Shown: positions 41,995-47,188 of the stretch, piece by piece
How positions within the stretch are numbered: the first letter of the stretch is position 1
Layout: the number at the start of each line of letters is the position of its first letter
NCBI GenBank assembly: GCA_023334545.1
Contig: JAADVB010000147.1
Span: 1-47,188, forward strand
DNA length: 47,188 nucleotides
Direction of reading: 5' to 3'
From: Salisapilia sapeloensis CBS 127946
Lineage: Eukaryota; Protista; Oomycota
Position numbers and translations under genes: made by a program
The notes under the pieces: generated by a model
Databases searched by the model: none
What the model saw: only the letters and a program-made list of their open reading frames with translations
Told to the model about the DNA's origin: nothing

Positions 41995-42011
41995 GTAAAT
42001 TGTAGAATGGC
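41995..42011 (-). promoter_or_regulatory. Oomycete Inr+FPR core promoter of the GH81 gene
   Basis: Minus strand GCCATTCTACAATTTAC matches YCATTYY-N-CAWTTT, about 40 nt upstream of the ATG. Confidence 0.75.
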
Positions 42012-42446
42012 AAGTAGGAAGTGGCATCTTCAGCTCACCACTAGAGCTGTCCATTCATGTACATGAACCCGTTCAAGTAATCTCATGGCACTCCTAGATT
42101 TTATTTTGCGATCAAGTACATTGGGAAGAGGCTACGGCGGGCAGAGGACTCTTGAACCTCCACAACACTATTGATAGTCGTTTCAAAAACTAATTGCCAA
42201 CATTTTCCAGATTGCGATGTTGTACGACAAGTTAGTCCTACTAAGCACTAGCCACAACGCATGCGATCTAGGAACCTTCTCATGAACCCTCGATCCGACA
42301 ACTTGTAAAGTAAAGCAAATAACTAGATGAAGCCTAGTATCGGAACAAGTTAAGAAATTACAGCAATAGTCGGTAGCAAAAGTTCTTCATTGAAGATATA
42401 GCAGAATTGCTACGTGCTTAAGGAATCAAAAAAAATCATCTTCCCA

Positions 42447-43240
<794 letters not shown>

Positions 43241-43482
43241 CTTTCGAAAGTTCGAAGGTGCAGGGAATGGAGCGAAACGTGCAACTCGTCCAATAGTGAG
43301 CATGCGGTACTTGTCGAGCGTGGCGAGATGTGTCCACCGCCACAGAGCTCTCAAACATCACACTTCTCGATCCTAAAAAGTCGCAATATTACTAGCTGCT
43401 TCGGTTTCGCGCTCGAAAGCTAAATGTAGTTTCTCGTAGTTTATCTACTTTAGCGCTAAGCATTTCAATGAGAACAAGTTGA

Positions 43483-43490
43483 GCTCATTC
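43483..43490 (+). promoter_or_regulatory. Inr-like element upstream of the coiled-coil gene
   Basis: GCTCATTC, about 20-27 nt before the ATG at 43510. Confidence 0.45.
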
Positions 43491-43509
43491 ATTCGTTCTT
43501 ACAAGTTTC

Positions 43510-45467
43510 ATGAAGACACAGGTCAAGGCCATTTGTACGGAAGATGATAGCAAATTAGATTCAGCTTCCCGACCACGACCTACCACTCGACGACCCCAGT
43601 CGGCCGCAGCCAGAACTTTCTACAAGGATGGACTGTCGTCTTCACCTCAATCATCATCAATTGGCGCCGAAATGCAAACGTTTGAAGCGAAACGGGTACG
43701 TCCGCGACCGCCATTAGCGAATGGAAACTTGGCTCGTTCCCGACGACCGCAGACGGCAGTATCCCGACGTGACAAACTTCGTGCACAATACAGTAGTCAA
43801 ACAGCACCTAAAGTACCCAAAAAGGTTACTCTCTCGCGAGTCCTTCACGAAGAAATCGAAAGCCAGTATATCGCGACAGGACATGCCATCCGAGAACTGC
43901 AGCGACTGCAGCTGCTATCTAAGCAAAAGAAGAAGGAACTACAAAACTTGAGCAACGATTTAGGCAGTCTCCAATTACAAGTGAGCACTGCTAAGCAGGT
44001 ATGGGAAGAGTCAAATACTACCATGAGTAAAAGGGAATTAAATGACCCTAAAGTGCATTTGAGAGCAGAATTGCAGCGACAGGAAGAATATAAAAAGACT
44101 TTAAAGCACATGCTGGATCGTCAAAACCATCAAGTACGTGCTCTTAAAGCACAAATAGCGTTGCTTCGAAGCAACATACAGGCAACTGAGCGGGAGAAAC
44201 GAGTGGTGGAAGAACGAGTATCGGTTGAGCAAAACAATGTTGCGGAACTCAAGCGTAACTATGAAAAGTTACACCAGAGACAAGAAGACCAACGTCGGCA
44301 CGCCGAGCTGACGCTTAATTCACTCCGGAAAGAAATACAATCTCGTGAAGAAGTACGAAAAAAGCGCAGCATAGCTGACTGCCAGCGTCGCGATATGCTC
44401 CAAGTCGTTCAAACACGACCAATGCTAACGTCAAAAGAGAGCAAGCAAATTTTAGCTTCTATTCCGGATCGTAAGATGATGCATATTACATTACCGATGA
44501 AGGAAGGTGTCAAAAATCGTGCCGATTCTGTCCAAGGTCGACGAAGTAGCGTTGTGAGCACTTCGTCACGTAGGGAGTCAATATCGATTTCTCTTCAGGA
44601 AAGAGAGGATATGTTTAAGCGTTATGAGCTTGATTTCGCCCAGATTGTAAAAGAGAGTGGGGAACAAGACGTTGAAAACTTTGTGGCGACGTTCATTGGA
44701 TACAGCGATTCGATCCAACAGCTACATGACATGCAAGTTGAGATGGATGCAAAGATAGCACAAACGGAGCGAAAGTGGTACGCAAGTCAAGATTTAGCAT
44801 CGCGTTGGAAACTAGCGGAAGGTGTCGATTCAAATAGAACAAAAAGAGTGCGAGATTATCTTGAATGGCAGCAACAAGACAGCTCCTTGGAGAGGGAGAA
44901 CGCACGTGAAGTCTATTTATCATCACTCAAGTCGATCTCACGTAAGTTTAGCTTTTACGTGCTACTATGAAATAAATGATTAACGTTTGTACTCATTTCT
45001 CTCCAACAGTGATTCGAGAAGGGATGGAAAACATTATAGCGATTTTGGAAGGTGTTGGAGGGAATGAAGCAGTCGACAAACCATACCTGAAAGCAAATGA
45101 AGTACGGAGTGATGAACACGCTTTAGACTATAATAACATGAATCGTCTCGTGACGAAAGCTACAGCGCTTGCTCAACATTGTCGATCCACTATCAGCGTT
45201 AATTACGACGTAGTGAGCCTCAATGACATCCAGAACGAAAAGAACAGGGATACGGGAGCTATGGTCGCAGAAATGAGTATCGTGTCAAAAATGAAAGCAC
45301 TAGTCTTGCCTATTCAGCATGACCGAAAAGCTGTCCCCATTAAAAGATCTGACACGAGTCTCGATCTCGATGCGTTGGAAGCTCAAAGGTTATCTATTAA
45401 ACGACGAGAACGTGAGATCATTTCCAAGGGCGTATCGGGTAATCAACTTAAGAGTCGTAACTCATAG
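43510..45467 (+). CDS. Coiled-coil protein resembling outer-dynein-arm docking complex subunits (ODA-DC/CCDC114/CCDC151-like), 2 exons, ~629 aa
   Basis: Exons 43510-44941 and 45010-45467 (68-nt intron GTAAGT..TTAAC..CAG). Long heptads; YELDFAQIVKESGEQDVENFVATFI resembles the ODA-DC YE..F..I...TG..D....V..F motif as I recall it. Confidence 0.7.
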
Positions 45468-46512
45468 TCTCACTGTACAAACGTATCTTATTTATACGTG
45501 CACGCGAGACTTGTTTCGCGTCTGGAGACTTCAGCCGTATAAAAGACGTAAATGTCACAATGGGAGCACTGAGGCGTGTCAGCATCCGGTTACTGGTAAT
45601 GTAGTTCCGACGACAGCAACGAAAGTCAAAAATTATTGCATTTAAAACAGTAATTGTGATCCAGAGTGAATTGGAGTATACATCTAGTATATTGAGATGC
45701 AAAATGATAATTTAAGTGGCGATGAATCGTCAGGATCAGGATTACAAAGGACGGTGAGACTGACGCCGTATCAGCCCAAACGGTGTTCTGTTCGCCTTCA
45801 GCCTGGACACAGCGAAAGACATGCACGCTTTGAATGGGCTCGTCAATTGCCGTTCCCTACAAAAAGTTACTGATTAGTGTGAAATATCTGCTACTTTGGG
45901 CGGAGCTTCTAGCGATCTACTAGTATGAACAGCAGTACGTAAAAGTTATTAAAGTGTCGCGTCTAGCTCGGACAGTTAGCACACTCCATCACCAGATACA
46001 TAGGCATGCCGATATTGAGGCTACCATGAATAGTCCGTCTGCCTAGTAAATACCCTCCGACCCTGGTCACAGATACCTTCGAAACACCTGCTCTACGCTC
46101 GTACCTTGCGTGTACATCCTTCGTGCCATTTTTACGCCAACGCTTTGGCCGAATAATACAACCAGCAGCCTATTCATGTGTAGGATTTACCTAAGGTAAT
46201 CCGAAAAAGACGCTACTATCGTCATCAGGCATCCTCACGAGGATGGGACCCGAACTTATTCCCTCGGAGGTTAGATAGATGCCAGCAACTACAAAAATAT
46301 CCAAAGGAAGAATGGCTGGCGCACTGCAGTCATGTTTGCTTACGATATATATCCGCTGCTTTCAGCAAGCTGTATACCAATGTCTCTGCATTTAAAATTT
46401 TAAATAGCCAAGACGCTGGCAAGGTAGACGAAGAACAAGACACTGATCAGACTGTTTCGTGTCCTTGATTATACAGCAGCATCACTCTCTTTTCTGACCG
46501 TGGTATGTCACA

Positions 46513-47188
46513 ATGTCGATCTCAAGGAAAATGAAAGTTGACAGAGAGTGCTGTGTGAAGCAAGTCAGCAACAATTCTCACCGTATCGTCTCCAACTACA
46601 GGATTGGCTCTGTTTCTTCTTTTCATTTCCGAATTAAAATACTGACGCTATCTCCAGCACAGTGACTACGCAGTGGACAGCAGATGCATACGAAGACTTT
46701 TATCTCTCGGATGCGAAGAAGGTTGACTGCAAGCGTATCGCAATGATACTCGTACACGAAGCACTTCGAAACTTTCAAGAGTTTGATGAGTTAAAACCCC
46801 GTGGCTTCGATCACAGGCGTTGGAAGCCAATCAAGACATCGAATAATGTGACCATGTACCGTGAACGACACCCATCTCGGCGTGTGGTGAAAGATTCATA
46901 CACCAACAGTGCGGGCTGGCAAATGCCTCGAATCATCGTCGGTAATGGGACGATCTCAAGCAGTATGGATGACCTCTTATTCGGTATCGTCAACGGCGAC
47001 GAGGCAGCACTTTTACAAAGCGCGAGCTACGCCGGGCAGACAACGACGAATGCCCAGATTCTCTCAACAATCGAGAAGCCGAGTCTGGAACATCCATATC
47101 GCTGCACTGTTCTCCAATGGCATGCTGGTAGTCCAAGTCTAGCACTCCGGGGGGTTGTCAAAGACCGAGATGTCGTCTACATTCGAGC
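46513..47188 (+). CDS. 3'-truncated oomycete START-like domain protein (family often followed by FYVE), absent from ORF track
   Basis: Frame open from about 46640 to the window end: RRWKPIKTSNNVTMYRER..MPRIIVGNG..SMDDLLFG..ILSTIEKPSLEHPYR..LQW..KDRDVVYIR. Exon 1 is uncertain: ATG 46513 or 46531, with the intron ending at 46657 or 46662. Confidence 0.8.

Noticed and set aside
42125-42165. GC-rich patch with GGTTCAAGAGTCC on the minus strand, resembling a tRNA T-arm or B box
   Set aside because: The loop is two bases too long, and no acceptor stem, D arm or anticodon arm can be folded.

Overview
Gene-dense eukaryotic genomic DNA, most likely from a flagellated (zoospore-forming) oomycete. This assignment is an inference from oomycete-type Inr+FPR core promoters and from oomycete-typical families: secreted GH81 glucanase, Cys-rich GPI protein, multipass membrane protein and START-like protein. 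I find about 19-20 protein-coding genes. Several are spliced with very short GT-AG introns (mostly 45-69 nt) and are split or missed in the ORF track. In order: a partial small secreted-like ORF; a UBR-box/RING E3 ligase; a hidden 4-exon coiled-coil gene; a possible 3-exon small gene; a GPI-anchored Cys-rich protein; a multi-EF-hand (EFCAB6-like) protein; a multipass membrane protein; a SHAQKYF-class Myb; a membrane-anchored Tudor protein; a hidden 3-exon UPF0193-like gene; a multi-KH (vigilin-like) protein; a kinesin-fold protein with degenerate catalytic motifs; acyl-protein thioesterase copy A; a myristoylated 4-EF-hand protein; a 2901-aa GAF-like/coiled-coil array; a GH81 glucanase; acyl-protein thioesterase copy B; an ODA-docking-complex-like coiled coil; and a partial START-like gene. 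No rRNA, tRNA, CRISPR array or recognisable transposon was found. The best leads are the pseudo-kinesin, the output-less giant GAF-like array, the inverted and diverged thioesterase pair, the stand-alone ArgRS-zipper-like small protein, and a run of ten genes with strictly alternating strands. Family assignments come from motif reading and remembered family consensus, not from database searches.
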